DNA from: a candidate division WOR-3 bacterium
Lineage (GTDB): Bacteria > Hydrothermota > Hydrothermia > LBFQ01 > DSFT01
Assembly: GCA_039802865.1 (NCBI GenBank)
Contig: JBDRXL010000001.1
Location: 1,723-65,722, forward strand
Direction: 5' to 3'
Length of the DNA stretch: 64,000 nt
Notes under the pieces: model-generated
The model's database searches: none
What the model saw: the letters and a program-made list of their open reading frames with translations, nothing else
What the model was told of the DNA's origin: nothing
Program-made: the position numbers and the translations under genes
Shown: one piece after another, positions 49,427 to 59,211 of the stretch
Layout of the letters: each line of letters starts with the position of its first letter
Position numbering within the stretch: the stretch's first letter is position 1

Positions 49427-50955
49427 CCTATCTCCTCTATCTTAAATCCATCTTCTGTTGTAAGAATAACAATATAATTTAAATTTTCTGGTGCATAAAT
49501 TGATAAAATTTGTTGATTATCTAAAATAGTATAATACTTTAATTTTGAAACAATATCTTTTAGGTCGCCTTTTAATAAAATTTTAAATCTAACCCCAAGT
49601 TTTCTTAAATTATCCAAGCTTTGAAATAGCTCATCATCAAACTTATCAATTATCAAGTCAAAATTCTCTTCAAGTTTTAAATTAACTTTATAATTACTAA
49701 AATAATTTTCAGTTTCTTCAATGAAATCTGTTAAATTTTCTGCTTCCATAGAAAATCCACATGCATTTTTATGCCCCCCATAGTTTATAAATAAATCTGA
49801 AAGAGCATTTAAAAATTCAAGCATATTATATCCATTTGGAGCTCTTATTTCTGCAACAATTTTGTGCTCTTCATCATACGAAATAGCAATAACTGGAACC
49901 TTAAATTTATCCTTAATTCTACTTGCTATATAACCTATGTGATATGGACTTAAATGTCTCAAATCCAAAAGAATATAACCTTTAATTCTTTTTATATTTC
50001 TTTCTATTCTTTTTACTTCCGCATCTAATTTTGTTGTAATTTCAAGAGAATACTTATAAATTCTACTAAGTTGTTCCTCTACAAAAACCTCATCATCAGA
50101 CAATAATAATTCTACAATTAAATGCCTTTCGCCCTCACTATTTATAGTTGAAAGTATAGGAATAAGACTTTCAATAGAAGCTCCTTGACCTGTTATTAAT
50201 GAATAAGCTCTAAATAATGGAAAACTATATTTATTTATAAGCTCCTTTGCTAAATCTACAATAATTTTATTTTCTGAAAATATAGGCATTCTATCAGATA
50301 TTGTGCCAAGTGCAGAATAAATAATAATTTCAGGATGATTTTCAAGTATAAAATTAATATCATAACCAAACTTTAAATTGATAAGACCAAGAGCAATTTT
50401 TAAGCTTAAACCAGAAGCAGAAAGATAAGGAATTGTTCCACCAAGTTTCGGATTTAAAATAATAGCGGAGGGTAATTCTTCTGGCATTTCATGATGGTCT
50501 GCAATAATTACACTTATACCATTTTCCTTTGCATACTCTACTTCTTCTATACTACTCAATCCTGTATCAACACATATAATAAGTTTAATTCCTTTACTAT
50601 AAGCAAAATCTACTCCCTGTCTTGTTAATTTATGTCCTTGACTTCCCCTTTTTGGAATATAATATATTGGATTTGAATTAAGAATTCTTAATACTTTTAG
50701 TAAAATTGCTGTTGAACTAACCCCATCCAAATCATCATGTCCCCAAATTAAAATCTCCTCTTTTGAAGAATATCTCAAAATTTCCTTTAATGCTAATTCC
50801 ATATTTGCAATTGCTCTATATGGCAATAAATTTTCAATAGTAGGATAAAATAAACTCTTTACCAAGTCTGTATCTACTATCCCTTTCCTAATAAGTGCTT
50901 TTGCTACTATCGGATGCACTTTATATTCATTTATAAGAACTTGCTCCACATTCAT
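49423..50955 (-). CDS. recJ: DHH-family single-stranded-DNA exonuclease RecJ-like
   Basis: Motifs GHDDLDG, ICVDTG and IIADHHE (DHH), plus a DHHA1-like C-terminal region. Confidence 0.65.
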   Translation of the reverse strand: MNVEQVLINEYKVHPIVAKALIRKGIVDTDLVKSLFYPTIENLLPYRAIANMELALKEILRYSSKEEILIWGHDDLDGVSSTAILLKVLRILNSNPIYYIPKRGSQGHKLTRQGVDFAYSKGIKLIICVDTGLSSIEEVEYAKENGISVIIADHHEMPEELPSAIILNPKLGGTIPYLSASGLSLKIALGLINLKFGYDINFILENHPEIIIYSALGTISDRMPIFSENKIIVDLAKELINKYSFPLFRAYSLITGQGASIESLIPILSTINSEGERHLIVELLLSDDEVFVEEQLSRIYKYSLEITTKLDAEVKRIERNIKRIKGYILLDLRHLSPYHIGYIASRIKDKFKVPVIAISYDEEHKIVAEIRAPNGYNMLEFLNALSDLFINYGGHKNACGFSMEAENLTDFIEETENYFSNYKVNLKLEENFDLIIDKFDDELFQSLDNLRKLGVRFKILLKGDLKDIVSKLKYYTILDNQQILSIYAPENLNYIVILTTEDGFKIEEIG

Positions 50956-50958
50956 AAT

Positions 50959-52148
50959 TTACCTCCTTATATACCAATCTATATAATTTTTTATCCCTTC
51001 TGCTATAGCCTTTGCTAACTTATTTTGATACTCTTCATCCATTAAAAGTTTTGCCTCCTCTGGATTTGAAATAAATCCAATTTCTATAAGTATAGAAGGG
51101 GCATAAACTTTCCTTAAAACATAAAATCCTGCTTGCTTTATTCCCCTATCATTTCTTCCATCTTTCAATTTTTCATGAACAAAGAATGCTAACTTTTGAG
51201 ATTCCTTTAAATAAGCATTTTGTAAAATATCTGAAACAATAAATTTCAGAATATCACTTTCCTCTACTTCATACTTAATAACTGAATTTTCAAGAGCTTC
51301 AACCGCTCTTTCTTCACTTGTTCTTGCAGTTGATAGAAAGTAAGTTTCTGGTCCAAATGCATTATCTACTTCTGAATAATTACAATGAATACTTACAAAC
51401 AATTTAGCATTATACCTTTTTGCTATTTCTGCTCTCTCGCTTAAAGATAAGAATATATCTTCTTCCCTTGTTAATATCACTTTAAACCCATACCCCATTT
51501 ACCAATTGCTCCTGGGTCCTTTCCACCATGTCCAGGATCAATAACAATATAACCAAAATTACCATATGAGTAAAGTATAAATTTTAAAACATAATTTTCT
51601 TTAATTTTTTTATAAGAGCCGTATTTAGTAGAAACGAAAATTTTAAAGAATGCCCCCTCTTTTGTATGGAAAATTGCGATAGAATCAATAATTCCACTAT
51701 CTCCTTTTATAAAATTAAATTTTGGATAAAAACCATCTGGAAGATGTATTAAGATAGCATTTTCTTCAAGCCATAATTGTTCTTTTGTATTTCTTGATAA
51801 TGTAAAAATTAAAACACAACTATCACTATTTTCAATAATTTGAAATTTCTTAATTGTTTCAATTGCCCTAAAAAGCTCATTTGATTTATAATCCCAAAAT
51901 ATCGGTATAGATGTTAGCCTATAAATTATTAAAGCGATATCTTTGCCATTTACATAGATTTTATTATCCCTAATCTCATATAAAAACTTAAAAGTTTTAT
52001 CCTTATGCCTAAATATTTTATTTTGAAAATCAAAATAAATTGTGTCATCTTTGTAGATTGCTAAATTATTCAAGAGCTTTATTGAATAAACGGATAATAT
52101 ACTATCTAATGGAAATAAGATGCCCATCATCTTTCGCTTATATACCAA
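50959..52148 (-). pseudogene. N-acetylmuramoyl-L-alanine amidase (Amidase_3) with an N-terminal domain. A 64-bp deletion relative to the neighbouring paralog frameshifts it into two ORFs (51477-52148 and 50959-51498).
   Basis: After ...GHGGKDPGAIGKWG the frame hits MGLK-stop. The catalytic part YGFKVILTREEDIFLSLSERAEIAKRYNAKLFVSIHCNY continues in another frame. Compare with the intact copy at 52127-52705. Confidence 0.5.
51375..51573. repeat. Tract of ~200 bp identical to 52423-52686 apart from a 64-bp indel (gene-conversion tract between amidase paralogs)
   Basis: Identity verified by eye (tacaatgaatacttacaaacaatttagcattatacctttttgctatttctgctctctcgcttaaagataagaatatatcttcttcccttgttaatatcactttaaaccca...ccatttaccaattgctcctgggtcctttccaccatgtccaggatcaataacaatataaccaaaattaccatatgagtaaa). 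Confidence 0.7.
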
Positions 52149-52705
52149 TTTACATATTCCCTTATCCCTTCCGCTATACCTCTTGCTAATAAGTATTGAT
52201 AATTTTTGTCTATAAGAAGATTTGCTTCTTCTGGGTTTGAAACATATCCTATCTCTATTATAACAGAAGGAATATAAATATTTCTTAAAAGGTAAAAATT
52301 CGCCTTTGTTATACCTCTACTTTTTGTAAATTCATTTATTCTTTGATTTATGAAAAATGCTAGTTTTCTTGATTCATTAGATAAGAAGAATACTTCAGGT
52401 CCTTTGATATTACTCATCTCAAAATAATTACAATGAATACTTACAAACAATTTAGCATTATACCTTTTTGCTATTTCTGCTCTCTCGCTTAAAGATAAGA
52501 ATATATCTTCTTCCCTTGTTAATATCACTTTAAACCCATACTCCTTTTTTAAAATATTTGCTATTTTTTTGCTTACTGATAATGTAATATCTTTCTCCTT
52601 TATACCCCATTTACCAATTGCTCCTGGGTCCTTTCCACCATGTCCAGGATCAATAACAATATAACCAAAATTACCATATGAGTAAAAGTTCAAAAAAAAC
52701 AACAT
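52127..52705 (-). CDS. N-acetylmuramoyl-L-alanine amidase, catalytic (Amidase_3) domain only (192 aa), no evident signal peptide
   Basis: Motif IVIDPGHGGKDPGAIG...KVILTREED...LFVSIHCNY...GYVSNPEEA. Confidence 0.55.
   Translation of the reverse strand: MLFFLNFYSYGNFGYIVIDPGHGGKDPGAIGKWGIKEKDITLSVSKKIANILKKEYGFKVILTREEDIFLSLSERAEIAKRYNAKLFVSIHCNYFEMSNIKGPEVFFLSNESRKLAFFINQRINEFTKSRGITKANFYLLRNIYIPSVIIEIGYVSNPEEANLLIDKNYQYLLARGIAEGIREYVNWYISER
52423..52686. repeat. Partner of the identical tract at 51375-51573, and contains the extra 64 bp (52541-52604)
   Basis: See the partner repeat. Confidence 0.7.
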
Positions 52706-54171
52706 AGTTTTCTTAGTAATCTACTTATTCCTTTTGGTATATCAGAGGGTTTAAATGTTAATTTATCAAAAAATTCACAACTTCTTGAATGTAAATATGC
52801 AGAAAGGACTGTTGAATTTATAGGACTTAAATGTTGTGCCAAAAATCCACCAATTAAACCACTTAACACATCCCCACTCCCCCCTCTTGCCAATTTTTCA
52901 TCCCCCCATATATTTAAAAATTTTAAATTATTTTGAACAATAACACTTGGATTGCCTTTTAACAAAAGAACACATTTATTTTTACTTGAAAAATCCAAAG
53001 AAATTTTAATTCTATTTCTATCTATTTCATATGGGTCCTTATTTATAATAAAACTCATTTCTCCAACATGGGGAGTAATAATTGTTTTTTCATTTAGTAA
53101 ATGAATTTTATCAGAAATTGCCCATATTCCATCCGCATCAATGATTTTTGGAACATCTAATTTTATTATTTCATTCATAAACTCTTTTACACTTTCATTT
53201 CTTGAAATACCACTTCCTACTACAATACTATTAAAATTCAAATTTTTTGAAATTAAATCAATAAAGCTTTCCTTTGAAAAATAACCATCCTTATCCTCAA
53301 CAGGAATTACAATACTTTCTGGAATTCTTCCAACAACATATGGATATATCTTTTTAGGAACAACTACATAAATTAATCCTACTCCACTACTCAAAGCACC
53401 TATTACATTTAAAATTACCGCACCTACAAAATCCTTACTTCCCCCAATTATTAAAACTTTCCCTTTCTCTCTTTTACTCTCATAACCCTTATATTTTGGC
53501 AATAAATTTAATACATCCTCTTCTTCAAGATATAAAAATCCTTTATTTTCAGCAAGTTCCTCTTCAATTCCAATATCTATTACTTCTAAATTCCCTCTAT
53601 GAATTTTCCCTTCAAATAAATAATGTCCAAGCTTTTCATAAGCAAATGTATAAGTATAATTGCTTAAAAAAGCTATATTTTCAATAAAACCTGTTTCACC
53701 ATCCACTCCACTTGGAATATCAACACTAACTTTAATAGTTTTTGAATTATTAGCAATTTCAACAGCTTTATAAAAATCATCTTTTAAAGAACCTTTAAAT
53801 CCTGTTCCAAATATCGCATCAACAATAACATCAAAATTCTTTACATCCTCAATAAATTCCTTTTCATCAAACTTTTTATATTCCACATTAAAAACTTTTA
53901 ATAACTCAAAATTTATTTTTGTTTCATTTGTTTTAAAATTTTCATCAAAAATTATTACTTTTACATATTTTTTAAATTTTTTTAACCATCTTGCTATTAC
54001 AAATCCATCTCCTCCATTATTCCCACTTCCACACATAATTAAAAAACTTTTTCCAAAATTTTTAATTCTTTCTGCTACTGATTTTCCTGCATTTTCCATC
54101 AATACAATTTGTGGAATTTTTGAACTATTATCAATTTCCTTCATTTCAGATGGTGATACAATCCTTCTCAT
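52690..54171 (-). CDS. nnr: Bifunctional NAD(P)H-hydrate repair enzyme Nnr (epimerase + ADP-dependent dehydratase; YjeF-N/YjeF-C)
   Basis: YjeF-N motif MCGSGNNGGDG and C-terminal carbohydrate-kinase-like GDVLSGLIGGFLAQ. Confidence 0.8.
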   Translation of the reverse strand: MRRIVSPSEMKEIDNSSKIPQIVLMENAGKSVAERIKNFGKSFLIMCGSGNNGGDGFVIARWLKKFKKYVKVIIFDENFKTNETKINFELLKVFNVEYKKFDEKEFIEDVKNFDVIVDAIFGTGFKGSLKDDFYKAVEIANNSKTIKVSVDIPSGVDGETGFIENIAFLSNYTYTFAYEKLGHYLFEGKIHRGNLEVIDIGIEEELAENKGFLYLEEEDVLNLLPKYKGYESKREKGKVLIIGGSKDFVGAVILNVIGALSSGVGLIYVVVPKKIYPYVVGRIPESIVIPVEDKDGYFSKESFIDLISKNLNFNSIVVGSGISRNESVKEFMNEIIKLDVPKIIDADGIWAISDKIHLLNEKTIITPHVGEMSFIINKDPYEIDRNRIKISLDFSSKNKCVLLLKGNPSVIVQNNLKFLNIWGDEKLARGGSGDVLSGLIGGFLAQHLSPINSTVLSAYLHSRSCEFFDKLTFKPSDIPKGISRLLRKLCCFF

Positions 54172-54557
54172 ACTAAGAATTTTAGTTTTAATAATAACTT
54201 TCCTTGACCTACCACTTCCCCCTCCTTACAATGAACTTTCTCAACCATTGCATTTTGGGGGCTTGTAATAATCATTTCCATCTTCATTGATTCAATTGTA
54301 AGTAAAACATCATCTTTATTCACAAAATCCCCCTCTTTTACATTCAACTTATTTATCTTCCCTGTAATAGGTGATATTATTTCCTCTTTACTATGCTCTT
54401 CAAAAGCAGTTGTTTCTAAAACTTTTTCAATAACATATATCCTTGAATTGTAAAATAATATAATCTTTTCTCCTTCTTTTTTAAGCAAAAGCTCTAACTT
54501 TAAATTATGGTCTATACTAACATCATAAACATTTCCGTAATTATCTTTTAACTTCAT
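54168..54557 (-). CDS. Biotinyl/lipoyl-domain protein (second biotin carrier-like protein in the window)
   Basis: Motif TIESMKMEMIITSP (E-x-MKM biotinylation motif). Start chosen at MKLKDNYG to avoid overlapping lspA. Confidence 0.55.
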   Translation of the reverse strand: MKLKDNYGNVYDVSIDHNLKLELLLKKEGEKIILFYNSRIYVIEKVLETTAFEEHSKEEIISPITGKINKLNVKEGDFVNKDDVLLTIESMKMEMIITSPQNAMVEKVHCKEGEVVGQGKLLLKLKFLV

Positions 54558-55035
54558 GTTTAGACCTCTTAAAAACACTATCAAAAATAAGTAAAAATAT
54601 AGCAATTGTAATAACACTATCTGCCAAGTTAAACACAAACCATCTTAAATGCTCATTTATTCCAATATCCAAAAAATCTACTACCATTCCCCTAAATATC
54701 CTATCAATGATATTTCCTAGGGCTCCCCCAATAATTAAACAATAAGCAAAAAAACTTAAAAAACTCTTTTCTTTAATTGCAAGATATAACACAAACAATG
54801 TAATTGCAATAGCAATAGGAGTATAAGGAAATTTTTCTCCAAAATTTAAACCAAATGCAACACCTGGATTATAAACAAATGTTAATCTAAAAAATTCCCC
54901 AAATACACTTATAGGTTGATGATAGGGTAGATTTTTTTCAACCAAAAATTTTGTTAATTGGTCTAAAAATACAATAATAGAAGGTATAACCAATAGGAAA
55001 GATATTTTATTTTTCATTTTATGAGATTTAGCCAA
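54541..55035 (-). CDS. lspA: Lipoprotein signal peptidase (signal peptidase II)
   Basis: Conserved LspA motifs FRLTFVYNPGVAFG and NIIDRI...VVDFLD. Four TM segments. Confidence 0.8.
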   Translation of the reverse strand: MAKSHKMKNKISFLLVIPSIIVFLDQLTKFLVEKNLPYHQPISVFGEFFRLTFVYNPGVAFGLNFGEKFPYTPIAIAITLFVLYLAIKEKSFLSFFAYCLIIGGALGNIIDRIFRGMVVDFLDIGINEHLRWFVFNLADSVITIAIFLLIFDSVFKRSKHEVKR

Positions 55036-55706
55036 TCACTTAAAAGGAAGTAAAATCTACTAATTAAAAGTGAAAATCTTGCCATAATTGTATAACCAAA
55101 ACTTGCTCCAAATGTAATCATTATTATAATAATTCCAAGCTTTGCTATTCCAAGTAAAATTCCTCTTTGTTCCGCAGAGAAATAGAAATAAACAAGACCT
55201 GTAATAACTCCAAGTAAAATTACAATTGGACCAATTATTGTAAGAGCACTAATTAAGAAATTAAGGGGAGATGATAAATCTAAGCTAAAACTTGGAGAAA
55301 GAAGGGGTAAGAATGTTGCAGAAACCTGGGGAAATATAAATCCTTGTATAGTAGCTACAATTCCAATACCAGAGCCCACTCCTACTACAAAAGCAATAGG
55401 TAATCTTGAAAGCCATACTAAGGAAGGAATTATATATGAAAAAATTTCAAGCCTTGTAAGAGTTAAAATACCAAGGAAAATAGCAATAGCAGTCATAGTT
55501 CTTACAAATATATGCTGTTGTGGATCAAGACCCATTTGAATAGATGGAACAATAGCTTGATTTAAAGTTAAAATTACACCATATCCAGCAGATACCCCTA
55601 CAAAGATATGCTCTGCAAGTTTATATATTGGATTATCACCAAATACAAATGACAATACCGCAAGGGTTAAAAATGCAGCTATCCAAATACCAATAATTTC
55701 TATCAT
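55014..55706 (-). CDS. Polytopic membrane protein of unknown function (operon member 4 of 4)
   Basis: About six hydrophobic segments. 4-nt overlap with the upstream gene. Confidence 0.4.
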   Translation of the reverse strand: MIEIIGIWIAAFLTLAVLSFVFGDNPIYKLAEHIFVGVSAGYGVILTLNQAIVPSIQMGLDPQQHIFVRTMTAIAIFLGILTLTRLEIFSYIIPSLVWLSRLPIAFVVGVGSGIGIVATIQGFIFPQVSATFLPLLSPSFSLDLSSPLNFLISALTIIGPIVILLGVITGLVYFYFSAEQRGILLGIAKLGIIIIMITFGASFGYTIMARFSLLISRFYFLLSDWLNLIK

Positions 55707-56545
55707 GTTAAAAACCTCCTAAGTATAAAGCCAACATTCCCAAAAAGTATAAATAATAAAATTATGCTATGAACAGAAACTTGCGAAACCATAATCAAAG
55801 ATGCAAGACCTTTTTTATTTGCTAAACTTTCATAATCATAAGCTCCTTTAAGTCCCCCTACAATTCCAACAATTTGTTTTGCTTGATAATATGGAAAGTA
55901 TTGAGGAGCCATAACCGCAGTAACTGCAAAAGCCATCTTTACACCGTATCTTGCTTGAACAATTTGAATCCAGAAATCTCCCGTTGCTCCCGCTTCAAAT
56001 CCAAATAATAAGTCTATATCCTTATAATTTAAAATCCCATCTTCCCCAACAATTTCTTTATATATTGGATAACTATCAAGTGGCTTATTGTAATAATCAA
56101 CTTGAAAAACATTCCTAAAATCCTCACTTAAACCTATCATAACCCCAACAACACCAGGTCTAAAACCAAGTATTAAATAATCTTCTCCATATTTTTTATT
56201 ATATTTCTTTGCAATTTTTTCTATTGCACTTATACCAACTATTAAACCTTGAAATTGCCAATGCGTCATCAATAGAACTTTTACATTCTTTTTGAAAGCT
56301 TGTTCTAAAACTACTTCTAAAACTGGTTGAAGTTCTGGATAAGCAGAAGGTCCATAGTCCGTGGAAAGTAATAATACATCTCCTTCTTTTAAGGATTCTA
56401 CCGCATTATAGGCTTCTTTAACTTCTTGCGTTGGTCTTGTAGGAAGAGAAGGTTTTAGAAATAGGGGAATAACTATGGAAAATATCAAAATTGTATAAAT
56501 TATTCTTCTATCTATAAGGGATAAAAAATCTAAAACTGCTCTCAT
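55703..56545 (-). CDS. Membrane-anchored protein of unknown function (operon member 3 of 4)
   Basis: N-terminal TM helix, a soluble domain and a C-terminal TM helix. 4-nt overlaps on both sides. Confidence 0.4.
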   Translation of the reverse strand: MRAVLDFLSLIDRRIIYTILIFSIVIPLFLKPSLPTRPTQEVKEAYNAVESLKEGDVLLLSTDYGPSAYPELQPVLEVVLEQAFKKNVKVLLMTHWQFQGLIVGISAIEKIAKKYNKKYGEDYLILGFRPGVVGVMIGLSEDFRNVFQVDYYNKPLDSYPIYKEIVGEDGILNYKDIDLLFGFEAGATGDFWIQIVQARYGVKMAFAVTAVMAPQYFPYYQAKQIVGIVGGLKGAYDYESLANKKGLASLIMVSQVSVHSIILLFILFGNVGFILRRFLT

Positions 56546-57336
56546 CTTATATAACCCCTTTCTATTCCAAATATAATTCTAAGAGAAAATGCAATAGAAC
56601 CAAGAGATAAACCAAGTCCTATTGCTCTTTGACCTGCACTATTTGGATAATTCATAATCCAATCGGAAAGTGCTGGAATAAAGTCAGAAAGAAGCATAGA
56701 AAATTGTGGTATGAATATAGATAATCCTAAGGTTAAGAAGAAAATACCAATAATATATCTTATTATAGAGCGAAATCCTGTATATTTTGTTCCCATATAA
56801 ATTAAATAGCTACCAGTTAATATCATAAAAGCAAAGAAAAATGGAATAAATATATAACCTCCAAATGGAACTCTCCCCATCATAACGATTGCTGCTGATA
56901 ATAAAAGTAATGTGGATTCTAAATTCCTAGCCCTAAATGCTCTATATGCTGCTGATGCAATAAAGAAAGCAAGTAATGAAAACATAGTAGCATCAAGTGG
57001 AAGGAAAACATTTTTAAATAACCATAAATAACTTGAATTTGGAACAAATGGACCCCCATATTTATACCATGCCCAAGCCCCCCAAAAAAGCGCTATAAAA
57101 AATGAAATTAAAAGAATAACACTATATACTGCATCTTTACTTTTTCTTCTAATTTTTCTGAAATGATAAAGAACAAGACTATCTATACCAAGCAAAAGTG
57201 CAAATCCAGAAACAATTACATACCACCTACTTGTAAGTTGTTCAATTTGCGTAAAAGGTTCTCTTGGTATAAAAAATAGAGCCATTATCAAAATTCCACT
57301 TATAAACGTAATGAATACTGGAAGTTGAACTTGCAT
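56542..57336 (-). CDS. Polytopic membrane protein of unknown function (operon member 2 of 4)
   Basis: Seven to eight hydrophobic segments. Confidence 0.4.
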   Translation of the reverse strand: MQVQLPVFITFISGILIMALFFIPREPFTQIEQLTSRWYVIVSGFALLLGIDSLVLYHFRKIRRKSKDAVYSVILLISFFIALFWGAWAWYKYGGPFVPNSSYLWLFKNVFLPLDATMFSLLAFFIASAAYRAFRARNLESTLLLLSAAIVMMGRVPFGGYIFIPFFFAFMILTGSYLIYMGTKYTGFRSIIRYIIGIFFLTLGLSIFIPQFSMLLSDFIPALSDWIMNYPNSAGQRAIGLGLSLGSIAFSLRIIFGIERGYIR

Positions 57337-57337
57337 T

Positions 57338-58459
57338 TTACCCCCCTACTTTAAAAATACTTGTATATGCTTCACTTAAACCTTTTAATATGTTATATTC
57401 AGAAAAGGTTGATAAAACAGCTCCAACAATAATAATTATAATAATTAACAATTTTGCAATATCTTCTGATTTAATTGTTCCAATTTCGGAAGGATTTTTG
57501 CTTAAATAAGCAGATGCAGCATAAAGCTCTTCACCAATAAGAGTATAATCACAAGATACTATAAAGAATGGTAATTGTGTAATTGCAGTAGTTCCAGCGA
57601 TATTTATAGCTCCTACATTATAAGAAGTCTCCGCCATTAACAAACTTTCTGCATAAAAGTAACCTTGATAAAAAGCTGCTCCTGGTCTTTCTCTAATTAC
57701 AATACCATTAAATCCAGCAGCAAATCCAAATTGTTCCGTTGTTAAAAACATTATATTATCTTCTTTATACAAATCTGGTCTTCCTGCTTCTGTAAAACCC
57801 TCTTTAACTGCTTCTCTTGAAGCAATCATTATAAGAGGGTCATTATTTGGAACAATTAAATCCATACCATAATTTGCAACTTTCCTAGCAACATATTTTA
57901 ATATTGCAATACCTGCTATAATGGAAGGATCACTTAAAGTTCCTATGCCTGTTGTATAAATTATTGGTCTTCCCATTTCTGTTGCCCTACCAACTGCATC
58001 ATCTATTGCTTCAAGCCCCGCAATTTTCCTAATATAAGGCACTTTACCCAACCTAGCAGAATAATAATAATAAAAGAAAAGAAGACCAAATACTAAAAGG
58101 AATACAAGCACAGGAAGCTTTTTAAAGTCAAAGTAAGGTTTATTTTCATTTTTATTTTTAATTAATAAAACAACAGGTTCAGACCACTTCGTATCCGCAT
58201 AAGTTGTATCATCAGAATAAGTTCTAATAAGATAGCTATATTTGACATTTGGTTTTACTGTTGTATCTATGAATTCCGTTTTATCCGTTTGTCCTAAAAG
58301 AAGTGGATGTTCCTTAGAGTTTTCTTCATCCGCTCTATAAACTTCATATTTTTTAATTTCCACAGGTGGAGCTTTCCACTTTAATATAACTTTATTTTCC
58401 TCCACCTTTATATTCAAGCTTTCTGCTTGAAAAGCGATATTAAATATAATGAAAAACAT
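57338..58459 (-). CDS. Membrane protein with an N-terminal FN3-like extracytoplasmic domain and a large second domain (operon member 1 of 4)
   Basis: FN3-like KVILKWKAPPVEIKKYEVYRAD...YSYLIRTY, a TM helix with poly-Tyr (FFYYYYS), a Gly-rich domain and a C-terminal TM helix. Confidence 0.4.
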   Translation of the reverse strand: MFFIIFNIAFQAESLNIKVEENKVILKWKAPPVEIKKYEVYRADEENSKEHPLLLGQTDKTEFIDTTVKPNVKYSYLIRTYSDDTTYADTKWSEPVVLLIKNKNENKPYFDFKKLPVLVFLLVFGLLFFYYYYSARLGKVPYIRKIAGLEAIDDAVGRATEMGRPIIYTTGIGTLSDPSIIAGIAILKYVARKVANYGMDLIVPNNDPLIMIASREAVKEGFTEAGRPDLYKEDNIMFLTTEQFGFAAGFNGIVIRERPGAAFYQGYFYAESLLMAETSYNVGAINIAGTTAITQLPFFIVSCDYTLIGEELYAASAYLSKNPSEIGTIKSEDIAKLLIIIIIIVGAVLSTFSEYNILKGLSEAYTSIFKVGG

Positions 58460-58465
58460 AAGTTC

Positions 58466-59176
58466 CTACAATTTTAAAGTATATAGCACTTGCTCATTTA
58501 TATTTAAAATTTTTATTTCATTTTCATTTATTACACCATATGTAAAGTGATTTATCCAATCACCAATGCATATAATTTTTTTATTTCCTTTTATCTCGCA
58601 CATTGGGCTGTGCAAGTGTCCAACTACTAATATATCTCCTTCAATTTTTTGAAAGTAATTCCATAACCAAGCAGGAACTTTATCAACATCATTATGAGCT
58701 TTCCTACTTGTTTTAGAAACAAATTTAGCAATTTTAATACCAAAATCTGGATGTATCATCTTAAATAACCAAACTAAAATAGGATTTTTTAAAATATCTC
58801 TTGTTTTAACTCTAAATTTTAAATCATCACCATGAGCAAAAACTAATTTCTTACCATCTATAATTAACTCATATTTTCCAATAATTGGCTTTATATTTAA
58901 TTTTTCAAAAAATTTTCCAATCCACAAATCATGATTTCCAGCTATATAAATAGTTTCAACATCTTTTGAAACCAAATATAATTCATTTAAAACCTTAAAG
59001 TAATGCGAAAATATCACACTATCATACTCAAACCAAAAATCAAATAAATCTCCAATTATTATAAATTTTTTTGCATTTTTTCTAACTCTATCCATTAAAA
59101 TTTTAAATTTTCTAAACTTTTCTTCCTCACTTTCAGAAAAGCCAAAATGAGCATCTGAAAATAGGTAAATTTCCAA
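58466..59176 (-). CDS. Calcineurin-like metallophosphoesterase (LpxH/YaeI-like fold)
   Basis: Motifs LFSDAHFG, GDLFDFW and GNHD. TTG start at 59174-59176. Confidence 0.6.
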   Translation of the reverse strand: MEIYLFSDAHFGFSESEEEKFRKFKILMDRVRKNAKKFIIIGDLFDFWFEYDSVIFSHYFKVLNELYLVSKDVETIYIAGNHDLWIGKFFEKLNIKPIIGKYELIIDGKKLVFAHGDDLKFRVKTRDILKNPILVWLFKMIHPDFGIKIAKFVSKTSRKAHNDVDKVPAWLWNYFQKIEGDILVVGHLHSPMCEIKGNKKIICIGDWINHFTYGVINENEIKILNINEQVLYTLKL

Positions 59177-59178
59177 AG

Positions 59179-59209
59179 TTTGAAATTTTAAACCTTTAAA
59201 ATTTTAAGC
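59179..59209. promoter_or_regulatory. Divergent intergenic region with two back-to-back promoter-like motifs (GTTTGAAATTTTAAAC and CCTTTAAAATTTTAAG)
   Basis: Each motif ends 2-3 nt before its start codon (TTG at 59176 on minus, ATG at 59212 on plus). Confidence 0.4.
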
Positions 59210-59211
59210 AT

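Noticed and set aside
58466-59176. LpxH-like metallophosphoesterase as evidence for lipid A biosynthesis
   Set aside because: Only the generic calcineurin-like motifs are present. No other lpx genes are nearby. This is insufficient to infer LPS synthesis.
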